Assembly (NCBI GenBank): GCA_000320545.1
Contig: ADNK01002608.1
Location: forward strand, 1 to 64,000
Reading direction: 5' to 3'
DNA length: 64,000 nucleotides
Source of the DNA: Bigelowiella natans CCMP2755
Taxonomy: Eukaryota; Protista; Cercozoa
This document shows, one piece after another, positions 14,217 to 27,619 of the stretch (its first letter is position 1; the number at the start of each line of letters is the position of its first letter). Made by a program: the position numbers and the translations under genes. The notes under the pieces were generated by a model that saw only the letters and a list, made by a program, of their open reading frames with translations, had not been told where the DNA came from and ran no database searches.

Positions 14217-14608
14217 CATTATTCTACTTCCATCATCCTCAATAAGTACTTCATCGTGTTTTACCAATAGACTTAAAGACTGTGTGGAGAAGGTCAGAGC
14301 TGTCGATGAGGTAATAACGGCACATCAGTAGCAATCCATAATGACAAAGACAGTAGTTGTGATTAATACTGTGAATGGACAATATGAGGCATCATTGGGG
14401 ATGCGAAATATAAGTAAATATTCACTTTTGCTGCTTCATAATACATCTATAATACTAGGACGATGAGCTGTATAAGGCGATGATCTCAGAACCATTTTTG
14501 TACGGGAATCGGCTTGAAGATTCGCCCTTTGATTATGCCTACTATGGCAAACGAATTCGAAATACATTGAAATTATACGATTCTGATTTGTTACATGACG
14601 ATCTTTAA
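8727..14608 (+). CDS. Glycosyltransferase family 10 (alpha-1,3/4-fucosyltransferase), type II membrane protein
   Basis: KKGFCAFLYRNC..YKFVIAMENHHVAGYITEK|LINAVLANSVPIYFGAPDIYDYVNPKRFI..DDELYKAMISEPF is the GT10 fucosyltransferase motif. The N-terminal anchor MQHEFRSRSFVLWIGFVAYVAYVHV was assembled from exons 8727-8770 and ~8984-9042; the start is less certain. Confidence 0.88.
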
Positions 14609-14849
14609 GTCAGAAGGAGCGATGTTTGATGTTGATCAAACAAATTGTAACCGCAGCTACACACAATAATATTGTCTGTCGCTTTGCCTTCGATGTAGTT
14701 TATATAATGACGATAATAACTACCAATGTACGTGGGAACCTCTAGATCTTCGTGTACCGTTACAAACAACAATGGCTTTACGTAAAGCCCAAATCTAGAA
14801 ATCTATGAGGCGTGTTATTTATTTTGCTTATGTATAACAAGTGTATGCA

Positions 14850-15162
14850 TGAATATGTATATATGCACGTGTACATGTACATACACGTGCCCAAATTGCA
14901 CAGCATCAAATGAGATTACACAATCAATTGATTACAATCTTGGACGTACAGGGATAACAACAAGTAACTACCTACAGATAATAAGACCATGCGATCTCAT
15001 GCGCATGCAGCACGCTAGCTCGGCATGTCTGACATTATGTGTATGCTTTCAAAAGGCATGAAACACACAATATAGCGAAGACTAACAAAAACAATCTAAG
15101 CACCATGGCCGCAGTGTTACACAAGCTACATTGGGACGACGATTTTTTTATTTAATTTGTTA
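14850..15162. repeat. Dispersed repeat, copy A (TpA-retaining copy)
   Basis: Colinear, same-orientation similarity with 27255-27585 (shared blocks such as gcacgtgtacatgtac, cacgtgcccaaattgc, gcaccatggccgcagtgtt, ttgggacgac). Confidence 0.9.
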
Positions 15163-15764
15163 GACATATGTTGCATTCGTCTCGCACCCGTTATGTGCGC
15201 TAGCCATGCAGGCTGCCGAACGTCGCAACCGTGTTTTCGGCTGTGAGCACTAGAGCACATGAGCGGGTGCTGACAAATGACAAATCCTCTATGATGACGG
15301 CTAGCTAGCTAGACGGGCTGTGATGCATGAGTACGATAGAGAAGTCGCACACAAAGCTAAAAAGTGACTCCTAATGAAAGATGTTCGTACGCACAAAGCA
15401 TTATAATTATTTGTGACGAGCCAAAGACAAATCTTTAGAGCGCATACTCGCACATGCAGAAATCGTTTCGTGGCATGCAACAATAACTGTTGCATCATCA
15501 TCTGTGCGTTGTGCGTGCTACATGTGCTGTTGTGATGATCGAGCAGTGCGTACGTAGTGCAATGCTAGATTGGTATTTGCAGTGCGGCCGGCAATGCTCT
15601 ATACCGCGCACGTTGATGCACTAATCCGCACGGACAACCATTACATTATGTGTGTATTTCATATCTCCACTGCCTAAAGTTTTCCCTCATTTTACAAGAA
15701 TTTGGCAAAAAAATGTAGACAAAACTTAGCAGGTATATCATCATTTTGTTATAGGCTGCTGCGA

Positions 15765-15802
<38 letters not shown>

Positions 15803-15916
15803 GGTGCATCATTTTGAGTCGCAAGCAGCAAGTAGCAGCGACAGGTAGTAGTGGTATTGGTAGTAATCCCTACTTATTTGAGATAGATCCACCGTCGGAA
15901 CAGCTACTTGATCCTC

Positions 15917-16268
15917 CTACTCGCTCTCCTTTGTATCAGCGGTAAGAAACTCTCCAAAGCGTGAAATTGGAGGACCAGCAGGATTATTATCCGCCTTCTC
16001 TTTTTCCTCCTCGTAATCACCTGCTTCATGTGCAAGAAAATCTCTAACATCTCTGGACATTCTACTCCCGCCAATGGCAACTCCAAGATTAGACAAGGTT
16101 TTGTGTGATCGTTGCGGTAAGTGGCCCTCTAGCCACAAGGCTCTTTCAACCGCGAGCAAAATGAATTCCGTGTAGAAAGAGAACGTTATAAAGCTGCACT
16201 TCTGCATTATGCGAGTCGAATCTAGAGAGTACCTGACACCCGTACGTAGATTTTGAATTTAAGTGTGT

Positions 16269-16306
<38 letters not shown>

Positions 16307-17304
16307 CTATGCGTGTGTAAGAGCGAGGAAGGGAGGAGCACGAAAGAGAGAGAGAGAAAGAGAGACACATTCATTCCCTCCAAACATCCCTGCCAAGCAC
16401 AGATACGCTCTAAGATAGTTCCAAGTGGTACTATCACGTGGATGATCGCTTCGACATTCAAATGTATATTTCTGTCTTCTATTCAATTTATTACTGATGC
16501 CCCAGCTCTCCGCACACGAGCACCTCGAGATCATAATGCCGAATCTCTTCCGAAAGATTAGCAGACCAACACGTAATAAGAACAGGAACTAAGTAACTTG
16601 AGTGCTCGTGCACACCGATATCATCGCTTTTCAGCCAGAGATAAATAAAGAGCCCCGTACACAACACTACCCTCATGATATGGTCCCCTACCGACGATCA
16701 CAACAACAACAATAAATTAGTAGGTGAGTGCTCCTAAGTATAATGATGCTGTTACTATGCTTCTATTCTTGGAAGAGGGATTTTAACAGCACATGCAAAA
16801 AATGATCACAATAGTCGAGGAGCGTGAGACAGAACAAGATGAATATAATCGCAGCAAACTCAGCCTTATTGAATTTGTTGAATTTGTTATTATTTGCCAT
16901 TCTTCCTCTTTTCTGTTTCTGATGACTAAGTTCATCCTCCTTCTCCTCCTCCTCCTCATCATCATCATCACCATTTTATATCTTCCCACTTACAGAATAT
17001 GTAGGATTTAGGCCCCTTGATTGTCGTTGGACCCACTGCTATCATGAAATAAAGAGCTAGTCCTGCCAGCAATGCAGGGGTGATTAGATTGAGTCCCTCG
17101 TAGGACAGCCTGATGATGATGATGATGCAGAAGAAGAAGAAGAAGAAGGAGAAGAAGCTCATCAGTGTTGGTGTTGCTTGGTTTTACTGAGGGCGATAAC
17201 GTTAATAATATTGCTAGCAAGATGACGGCACAGCAAAGCGAATAGCAACAGTGTGATAATAATAATAACAACAACATGTATTGGTACACGACAAGATCAA
17301 GGCT

Positions 17305-17337
<33 letters not shown>

Positions 17338-18634
17338 AAAAGAAGGAGGAAACCAAAGGGGAGAGGAAGGGCAAACATTAGGTTAGAGGGGGAGGAGGAG
17401 GAAGTGGTTGGAACACGATGTGTAGTATTTAGGTAAACATAAACAGGGCTTAGACATGTATACACGCTCTTCTTCGGACCACGTGTCATATCATTTCAGG
17501 AAGAAGAAACAAGCAGGAACAATAACCCCCATCATCTATCTCCAGGTGGTTGGTTGATACATCAATTAATGAATATGAATCACCTCCTGCAAATGGGCCT
17601 CCCGTTGCTGCAGTTTTCGTATGCGACAAATCGAAATGTAACGATCACAGCCAGAGACACTGCCATCAGCGATAACCACGACACATGTGCTGCATCTAGC
17701 ACTAGGAATACAATAGTTGCTGATTGTAATCCTGCGCCAATGAATATCCAGGCCATAGGGCCCAACGAAGGAAGTATATCACGACGAGGTTTCTGATGAT
17801 AGAATGAATTATAAGAATAAGAAGAATACTAATAAATATGTGCTGCAGCACTTGAAGGCGATTATGATGATGGATTATTTAATAATAATAGCAATGGTAT
17901 AGTGAGGATAACGTTGATGATGATGATGATGATGATATTTGATGTATGCGCCTTCTTTTTCTCTACACTATAAGTACACAAAGACAAAAAACACAGCAAC
18001 AAAGTCGTGCATTGGGAGCTGCGTGTTTGTGTAATGATATACCGATGAGGTGTTGTTGCGGTGATGGCTGTTGTTCTGATTATTTCTATAACCGCCCTCC
18101 TCCTCAAAACCAACGCCTCTACTATTGCGGAGAATGGCATACTCTTGATTCCCAACAATCTCCTGTTCTTCTTCTTCTTCTTCTTCTTCTGCTGCTAGAA
18201 TGAGAAAGCTTTCGTCCTCCCCACAGCAGCCATCGGTACCCCCCAAACATAAACAACATCTCGCAGATAATCGAAGGAGGGAATGCCAGATGGGAAGGTG
18301 GTGTAAGTAGTGAGCTGTGAATTTGAGATACGTCATCCAAAACACTACTTGCAAGATGAGACCAAGTAGGACAAATGGAACGAATGCTTCACATTGCGCC
18401 TTATTAAGGTAGCCTAGTAGTAGTAGTAGTTGTCATCATCAAATAATAGAATGCAACGATGAGATTAACTAAGGAAGCAATGGATTTAAGTAGTAGGAGG
18501 GGGATGATAAGGAGAAAAGGGGGAGAAAGCAGGAGGAAGAGGAGGGGGAGGAGGAGGAGGAGGAGGAGGAGGAGGAGGAGACACCAACGAGAATAAACAA
18601 AGAACACCAACCATCCCGCCGTCATCATCCACAG

Positions 18635-18665
<31 letters not shown>

Positions 18666-19978
18666 GCTACATTTTCCTCTATTGAACGTACAGAAAATCT
18701 CTGCAGTAGACTCGAGGTTCAGCCATACGAAAAAATTGATGATAGCAATGAACGTTCCCCAGATCAAAGGACCAAACCGCCATATTCGGTAGGAAACGTC
18801 AAGGTTTTCGACTGCAATACGTGGCTGCAATAGAACTTCAGACATGAGTAGCGTTGCTGCTAACTTGAATAGGATGCCGATAAGCTCTCCAACGCCATGC
18901 CATGTTCGCCCATAACCCTTGTCCAAAAGCCACACGTACACCCTTTGTAGTATAATAATATTTAAAATTATCCTCTTCTTTGAGTTGCATTATTCATGAA
19001 CAAAATAATGCCTCAGACGAGTAACCCACCACACGATGAAGAAATTCGAGTGTGCAGTCCCCAGTGTGCAGACGTAGACCTTCGCTCGAGTGTACATAGA
19101 TACCTTATGGCCGCCGAAGAGCTGTTTTGCAAGTTGTTCACAATTATCGTTTATTCCATGTAGTACACAAAGCCATTCCTTCGATGGTTTCTACGAATGA
19201 TGCACAGACATTCATAGCAAGATTCTACGAGCACCACCTTGTACATGTTTCTCAAGTCTGCCCTCAGCTGCCGTACTACAATGGTCGCCAAAGACCTGAT
19301 TATTTGATTATTAACAGGGTGGTGAACAGGGTGGTGGTGGTGGTGGTGGTGGTGGTGATGATGATGTTCAGATTGGTAAGAGTAAAGAAGGGCATTAACC
19401 AATTTGCTATTCGAAGCGATATTCGAATCATACGCATCTCAAACGTCTCATAACCACCACGAGTCAGAGCCCACATATATCCTGATGACAAACACGGACG
19501 GCGGTTTAAAAAGATAATATACATACTATCTTACATGAATCAAATTGATAACCGATTGTTTCAGCTAAACAAACGAGGCAGTATAGAGCAGAGACGGCCA
19601 TCTGTGAGTGGCCGAGCCCGCCATATGCCATCATCTTGGAGGAGAGTCTGTGAGATAGAGGTTGTTCAGGAAAACTTCCGTTCATATGTTATCTCTAAGC
19701 CTGCAGTGAATCAAATTCTACTTGAGAGAGGAATGGTCTTTATGGTCATTGGGGCCAATAGATCGAGAACCTTCAAGTGAGTAGCAGTACCAGATGTGCG
19801 GGATAAATAAAATGATGGAGCGAGTATTTTTTAATGGGCACACACATGTACTACCTCGAAGATTGTCCAGGGGTCCAGAGAACCCGTGTGAGTCATTGCC
19901 AACGAAGCTGGCTTTGTGTTGTGAGAGGCGAGCAAAAGAGTCTCGATTATCCACGAAGCTCACCTTGTGAAATGGCAT
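15917..19978 (-). CDS. Multi-pass membrane protein with weak acyltransferase-3 (OafA-like) motifs
   Basis: Multiple hydrophobic exons bounded by GT-AG. The motifs GPLDNLRG near the N-terminus, GHSQMAVSALYCL and RLSYEGLNLITP resemble the LDxLRG, GxxAVxxFFxLSG and GxxSYxxYLxH motifs of Acyl_transf_3. The family assignment is tentative. Confidence 0.5.
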
Positions 19979-20249
19979 CTGACCCTAGCCTCGAGTACTC
20001 ACACAACAAGGAGAGGTGTGAAGGAGTAAGTCAGCTAGTAGCAGTAACGCTGCTCCTCCTTGTGTGAGCACCTCCTGATGGCGATGTTTTCACATGAAAG
20101 AGCTACTCGTAGAAGAGAATGGGAGAACTAGGTTGTCGCACCACAAAAATGCAGGTGATTTCAGGATTTCTCCAATCAATTACGCCAGGAGACGGGAGGA
20201 CTCTTACCTGTGCTTCTGGTTTTCACCAGTGAGTCCACATCGTGGTTTT

Positions 20250-20301
20250 CAGCTCGAGGCACTGCGTTTCGCACTTTGCAAGTGTCATGCAACACTTTGG
20301 A
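20250..20301 (+). mobile_element. Short remnant matching the 3' end of the putative LINE at 27620-28075
   Basis: 46/52 nt identical (hand alignment) to the reverse complement of 27633-27684. Confidence 0.55.
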
Positions 20302-20589
20302 GATGTGGTCGTTCAACAAAGTTTCTTTCTTTTTTTCCCCTTCCTTTTCTTCTTCTTCTCACCCAAGTTTGTTCAGAACCGAACAAGGCAGTAGTCCTGG
20401 AGTCACACGCACTCTTTGCTTGTTTCTGATGAGGTGGCATGGCAAATCTGTGAGCAATGCCCGTGCTAGCGTGAGCGTGAGCCTGACCACTCTGTCGCGC
20501 AAGTGACAATTGGAATTTTGCATGGACCAGTGAACGCTAGAACGCCACGCATGTGACACTCAAATGAACGCACACACACACGCACACGC

Positions 20590-20630
<41 letters not shown>

Positions 20631-20814
20631 CACATCTGAACATGAGTGCTGCACATTTGCTTGTGCACGCGTTTGCAAGTTGTGAGAATTGTGTGTTGTG
20701 TGGGCAACGTCACATGCGCACAGCATCCACGCCAGCATGCACGCGCCGCGCCGCTGTCATCGTGCATGGCGCAAGCAAGATTTGCAAACCTTCATTTGTA
20801 CACGTCCTCTGAGA

Positions 20815-20945
20815 TCATGCAAATTTCTGGCCTTGATCAAAGAATGTACCCCATGCTGCATTGAATTCCTCTGTTGTGTCATTTACAATGTGGAACTCTT
20901 TCTCGGTGACGTCTTCCTTTGGGAGATTGTCGTAGCTAAATCAGA

Positions 20946-20984
<39 letters not shown>

Positions 20985-23236
20985 TGTGAAGAGGTATTTA
21001 CTTCCAAATTACAACAGCACATTTGTGAAAATATGAGATAATTAAGCCATCACGATGTTTTTTCTTTTTTGGGTCACAATATTACTTCGGTGGACAATAG
21101 CTATATTTAAAAGCGCTACTTTCCTTCCAAACAAAACCTTCCTAAAGTTCAATGATGAAGTATAGAAAGCGGCAAAAACCAAATAGGGGTTAGGTAGATC
21201 ATCGTATTTTGATTTGACTTCAGCATAATGTTTAAATTGGAGGAGTGAACATCGTAGCTTGACTGAGTTGCGTCTGAAATCATCGTTATTTGCGCAAAAA
21301 ATATTCCTTTACTATAAAGATTACTTCGTACCTTCGGAATTAGAAGTTTCTTCACGCCCTCCTTTCGAGCAGTCTTTAACTTTTGGTGAACGAAGTAAAT
21401 AGAGTTGTTGTATCTGAATAACCCAACATCAGTCATTGTTAAATGATGGTATTATTGTGCTGTATTGGAGGAGGATCAATGTACCTTTGGGCTAGATACT
21501 CACGCTCATAAGGCCCTCTCCCATTTTCCTGCAATAGTACAAGAATAGACATTGTGATGTCGAAGAACAACAATTAGTAGTTTTCGGTGCTCAAATTTAT
21601 TGAAGTTTTTCTGCATCACCATTCAGGAAGATGCCAAGGAAACGTTTTTCATTTGATACGCCAAAAGAGTAATACCACGACTGCTTCTACCACAACTTCC
21701 TTTTCCTATACAGTACCCAATTGGCCACCACCACCACCACCACCACCTGTTGCACTACAACTTCTGCAATTCTCTACTTTTACTACTACCACAACTATTA
21801 CTACAACGACGAACACTACTACTCCTACTACTACTGCAGTAAGTACTCGGAATGTTCCCATTTGTACAGGTTTGTCTTTTATCAACGTATACGACTGCTG
21901 ACCGCCCAGCATCAGCCATGCAAACCTATTATCATAAATCAATTACAATGTTATTGCGTCTATTGTTAGAAGGATAATAATAATATCATTAATAATATTA
22001 TGAAATTAAGCACTTTACCGGAAGCAGTCCTTATCACCATAAAGGACGTTTTGGGCGAAGTTATCGGCTGTAAGGTAATTTGCTAATAGAAGGGGAGACT
22101 TATGCCTTTTTTTGTCCACGATAAGCTGACCTGTTTAATCGCCGCAGGAGTACAACTGTTTCAACACACTAATTTTCTACTTCTCGACTAAAAATTGTTG
22201 CGTGGTATAACAGATCCTTGAGAAATGTTCTCATCTGATGTGCTGTCGAAGAAGAAGTGAGAACAACATCGTGTACAAACTATTTCTGTTGGCTAACAAA
22301 CAGCGATGTTGTCGTTTTCTTCTTCTTTTTCTTCATCATGAAAATCATCCATCCGCCAGTGTTAATTATTATTCTATGTTGTCTAAACTTTGTTGGGTTA
22401 TGGACCCACCCGACTCAAACTCCTGAGCAACTTGCCAAGAGGGCTGCCACTCTACATCGCAATACCTATTATTACGTGGTGTACATTATTTCTTCTCAGC
22501 AAGAAGGCAAAAAATGAGAAGTGCTGTCGTCACTCTCAACTATAGTGAAATAATCCAGAATCAAGCTACAACTGTTCTACTACAACTGATACTCCCTCTA
22601 ATATTGTTTCTGAGTGGTGATAACCCATTTAGTATATGTGTGCGTGTCTCTTCCTCTCCCTCTCTTCTTCTCTCATTTCCTCTATTTCCACCACCACCAC
22701 CACCACCACCTACAATGAACATTCCAACTATTACTGCCATAATCTATTGCATCTACTACCGAGCTACAACTCTACTTCCTTTAAAGTAGTAGTAGTACAA
22801 GAAGATCACTACTACATCTGACTATTGCCACTACCTCCATACTACATGGTCAGGCCACGTAGATTGACCGGATAAGCTCCGAAATTCGTTACGCATACTC
22901 AAGGGGTAGTTTTGGTAGAACGAGCTTTTCTTATCTTTTCTAAAGGGTTTATAAATTATACACCGTGGTACCAATGTCAACAAAATGCTGAGCAAGTGAA
23001 TGTGAATGACGATTCTCATCATGTATCATTATCATCATGATCATGATCATCACATGTGGTTGCTGGTATGGATGCAAGCATGCCCCCAAAGATCTGGCCA
23101 GAACAGGGCCCCTGTTTCCTTGAATTCTGGAGTGTCAAAGAGAAGAGCTGGGTCGGTTTCGAAGGGGAAGTTGTCCGCATCCATAAAAAGAACCTATCGA
23201 AAGAAAACCACACGAAAAAGAATAATAATGCGAAGG

Positions 23237-23283
<47 letters not shown>

Positions 23284-24763
23284 ACAGTGGCAAATGATGA
23301 CGAATTGATGAAAGATTGAAAGATTGAAAGATGCCTGTTTACACGAGGAGTTCTTCCGGTGAAGTAGCCTAACTACCATAACTTTTAATTGCACATAGAT
23401 ATACACACAACCTCGTCGAAACTGGAATGTATGATAGCAAAAGGTTTGTTTTCGTAGGGAGGAAGGTCTTCCGGAGCGATTCTGTAGCAATATGATGGCA
23501 CAGTGATAAATAACATGCTCATCATGTCATGGGTAGCGAAATTGTTAAAAAATAACATTATTCCCAAATTGTTCACCAAAAAGTTGCGTTCAAATTTATT
23601 CAATTGATTCACGAATTCTGATTCTCAAAGCGTTGGCATGAGGAAAGGAAAGAGTAGTCTAGATAACAAAGGAAGAGAAAATCGTTTGGCGAACCTGCAT
23701 GTCGTATCAGCAAACATATCCGCCATTTGCTGGCATCTGTCAATGTATTCTAATGGAATGAAGACTTCGATTGGCAGCGTTGAGTTGCTTCTATGTCTGA
23801 GTAGGGAAATTGACACGAAAATCAATCTAATGTGTCCCACACTCCCAGTGTAAACGACTCCACGTTGGCTTGACTTTGTAAGGGTTCCTCCTGCCCCCAC
23901 TGGCACCTGGGATGCCGCTTCCTTCACTACTTCGGAATAACTGCTTCTACTACTAAGATGCTCCTGCCACATCTTTTGTGGCCTCTCACACAGGGAACAC
24001 ACATACCTGTTCCACGGCATGTTGTGTAACAAACAACAGCTGATGTCATCATCAAAAATTGCAGCAGTTTTTTGTATAAGGGTACATTTTGGCAGTGTCC
24101 CCTCAATTATGATCTGTTTCGCTCCTATCCCATTACTATTTGGTGCATCTACTAGTACCTCATGAGGGCCTTTTTGGACGATCGCATATGGTCAAGACAC
24201 TTGCCAGTAGTATGTGGCGATGGGTTAAACATAATGTTATACTCCCCTTCCTCCTGAAAGAAGAACAAGAAGAAGAAGAAGAAGAAGAAGAAGAAGAAGA
24301 AGGCAAGATAAGATTAAGCAACAAAATTACCATAACACAGTAAGTGGTGGTGGTGGTTGTGGTGAAAATCTGTCATGATACTAAAAGCGACGAACATACT
24401 TACCTCGTCGTAATGAAAATGCCAGAAGGAGTAACATATAAGGGGGTGGTCAGGGTCTAACTCATCTTGGTCTGCTGTATATTTACAACTGTACTCGCAC
24501 ATATTATTATTGTGGGAGCGACCACCATTTCCTCTTAAAGAATCCGTTTTAGATAGCAATGGCGACGAATCCATTGATGATGACAACCCCCCCGACAAAG
24601 TTGGTGGTGGAATCTTTATTGCTTCTTTTTGGTAATGAGCAGCGAGAGGTATCATCCTTCCAAACGTAAACATGTACATGGCATCTAGGAGTATCAGAAC
24701 TGAGATGCATGTAGCCACTTGTTTTCCAAGCTCTCCACCTTTCATGAGCTGCCCAACGGCCAT
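20815..24763 (-). CDS. Glycosyltransferase family 71 (Mnn2/Mnn5-like alpha-mannosyltransferase)
   Basis: Exons read [88 protein letters not shown], with an N-terminal membrane anchor; the last exon ends DQGQKFA*. Confidence 0.88.
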
Positions 24764-25179
24764 TGCTCTCCCACGGTGCACAATTCGATGATGATATACC
24801 CGAATATGTTAGGTGAAGGACTACTCCGATTATTACCACATAAAGCTACCCGCTGCAACACTCCGACCAAAGCCCCTACTCGTACTAGTACTACTGCTAC
24901 TACTTCTACTACGACTACTACTAAAGCATGGGCAGCAGCGCTCTCCTTCTCCTCCTCCTCCTTCTCCACTCTCTCTGTTCCGAAATGAATGATGATGATG
25001 ATTTGTGATAATAAACCACCTCACATTCTAGAACATCATGATCAATAGAACACCTTGTCGTACCCTTCAAATGTAGGCGATTCTGTCCATAAAAACACAC
25101 TACTACAACTACTACTACTTCTTCTATCTAGTACATGCACAGAGATCACACAGCAAACGTGCACGGTACACGCACAGCA

Positions 25180-26954
25180 ATGATGCCAACAGGGTTGTCC
25201 TCCCTGCCGTCCCCCCAACTATATCCAGATCGTGTAGCATCTTACAGAGATACGTGAGATGCAGTATATGGCCTCCATCTTCGAGACCCTTCACTTATTC
25301 TCAATAAGCTTCCTTGTAGCCCTCTCGGTTGCTACTGCTTCCGTTGATACTCCAGATGGGAGATTTAGGGTAAAAATAGTACAGCTCATTTTGCAAACTG
25401 AAGTTACATTTAAACCTCATTGTGTAAGGTCGAAAACAATATGGCATCTGGACTTAATGCTGAATGGAAAAGGGGTTGGATCTCTCGACACCATCCAAAC
25501 AGAATATATAGAACATTGCGGCTGAAAGGGGGAGGTTGGTTCCATTCTCCATGGTCGGATCTGTTAGAGGTAAGGACCGAGCATAATTTTTTCCCTTCTA
25601 ATAAGAAATTATAAAGAATTGAGAAATTTCGCAAGAATTATTCGCATCATCCGCTCCCACGAACATCGGTGCTGCTGCTCATATCATTATACATCATCAT
25701 GTACAGGTATCTGACCCAACATGGTACGACGGAATCATGTGGGTAGAAGCTGTGTGCGAGGAAGAAAACTGGTATCATATAATGGGATTGTCTAAAATTT
25801 ATGCTATTTAGAGCGAATCTGAAATAAGGAAGGGAAATAATGATGAGAGAAGATACGACAAATTTCTTCGTTCCTCAAAAATCATATGTGACAAGTTTTT
25901 TTGTGAAATCTTATTTCTTTGAGCCCAGCGCGTAAATATTCCAAGCGAATATGAATTTCCTATATCTTATCGACAGGACACATATCGTAATGCATATTCC
26001 GTTCGAAGAATCTCTTGAATCAAAAAATTTTGAAGTGAAGTTTACAACGTAATATCATTATCCTCGTTGTCCTAATAGCGATAATACATGCGTTGATATC
26101 GTGCACGTAGCCAATACGTGGCATAGAATCTTGACCAACTGTTGAACACGCTATTGTTCCTTTCTGCAGAGATTCATTGTACGTATCCTTCATAAATCCA
26201 GAATCAGGAGCCAAAAAAGTACATAAGCAGAATGTATTGTTCGTACTTTATGATGAGTTAGTGTATTGATCATATAGGTTCTCTGCGACAGGAAGTTGCA
26301 TAAAAAGGTCCTTTACCTTTCGTAGCAATAGACAAATAATGTGCTAATTGTGATTCTTTCACTTCCACAGATAATCTGTTCCGAGTCATATTGGGATGTT
26401 GATGTGAACCCATTCGACGGTCGGCATTATGTCACATATTACCTTACATACCCATGCATACTTGAAGGGTTTAATATGCTCAGTGTCCATGCTGATGGTA
26501 GTGATCTTTGTTATTGTTGATCCCTTATCATCGGTGTCACTAAAATAATTATCAACAGCAATAGCTGAAGATAAACTTTGTTTCGTTGTTACCACTGCCG
26601 TTTGTGCCAAACAAAATTTAGGGGCCAAAGGTTTAAGGGTTGTGCTACGCAAAGAGGATGAGGGCTGGCTTTGGCTTGCAGGATTCAAGGTGTAGAGGGG
26701 GATCCCCAGATTAATCAATTGTAATTATAGCCACCACTAATCTTATCATTAGCCTCTTCACATCCTCACATGCTAATCCAGATGTGAAGCAGCAATTGTC
26801 TCTTGCAATGATTTTTTAGGAAGAGGAGTTAAAAAAATTTCCTTCTGATACTCAAGGAGACACAGTTTATGATCTTAATCTTCGGAATTCATCAATGTCA
26901 AATCCAGGAAAAAGATCAGCAGGATATCACCCTTACAGACATAGGCGTAGATGA
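25180..26954 (+). CDS. Hypothetical protein, multi-exon, short plain introns
   Basis: AG/GT-bounded open segments (SGLNAEWKRGWISRHHPNRIYRTLRLKGGGWFHSPWSDLLE; VSDPTWYDGIMWVEAVC; IICSESYWDVDVNPFDGRHYVTYYLTYPC; EDEGWLWLAGFK; ..GYHPYRHRRR*). No family recognised and the exon chain is incomplete. Confidence 0.4.
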
Positions 26955-27254
26955 TCAGTAACGGTTACCGTGTGAACAATCAAAATCAAAGTGCAACTTT
27001 CAAGACAATTGGCACGGCCAATGCATCATTTTCCGTCCTGCGCTTGCGCAGATGTTAGCAAGCTCGGGCGCCACCACGTGGACTAGCGCGGGTCATGCCT
27101 GCAGCAGACCTTACCTATGTGATTGTGCCACACCCCACATTTCATTTCCCTACTGTTCGCGGTAGCAAAAAATGCGAAAATGCAATTCACTAGTTTAGTT
27201 CAGCATCAGGTCGTCAGTAGGCAAATTTTCATGTTTGACATGTTGCGCATTGAT

Positions 27255-27585
27255 GTGTGTACATGCACGTGTACATGTACATGCACGTGCCCAAATTGCG
27301 CACAGCGTCAAATGAGATTGCGCACTCAATTGATTGCAATCACGGACGCACAGGGATGGCTGCAAGTGACACTGTCCACAGATGACAAGACCATGCGCTA
27401 GTGCGATCTCATGCGCAGCACGCTAGTTTTGGAGCTAGCTAGCTCGGCATGTCTGATGTTGTGTGTGTGCTTTCAAAAGGAATGAAACAAACAATGGCGA
27501 AGACCAACAAAAACAATCTGAGCACCATGGCCGCAGTGTTGCACAAGCCACACGTTGGGACGACAATTTCATCACTCAATTTGTT
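27255..27585. repeat. Dispersed repeat, copy B (TpA-depleted copy)
   Basis: Aligns to 14850-15162; nearly all TA dinucleotides of copy A are TG or CA here. Confidence 0.9.
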
Positions 27586-27619
27586 CACGCTGTGTGATGG
27601 GAACAATGAGAACAATGAT

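Noticed and set aside
14861-15160. Plain CpG methylation decay as the explanation of the TG/CA excess
   Set aside because: At most aligned differences the partner copy has TA, not CG, and CpG is still common in the affected blocks. CpG decay may account for only a few sites.
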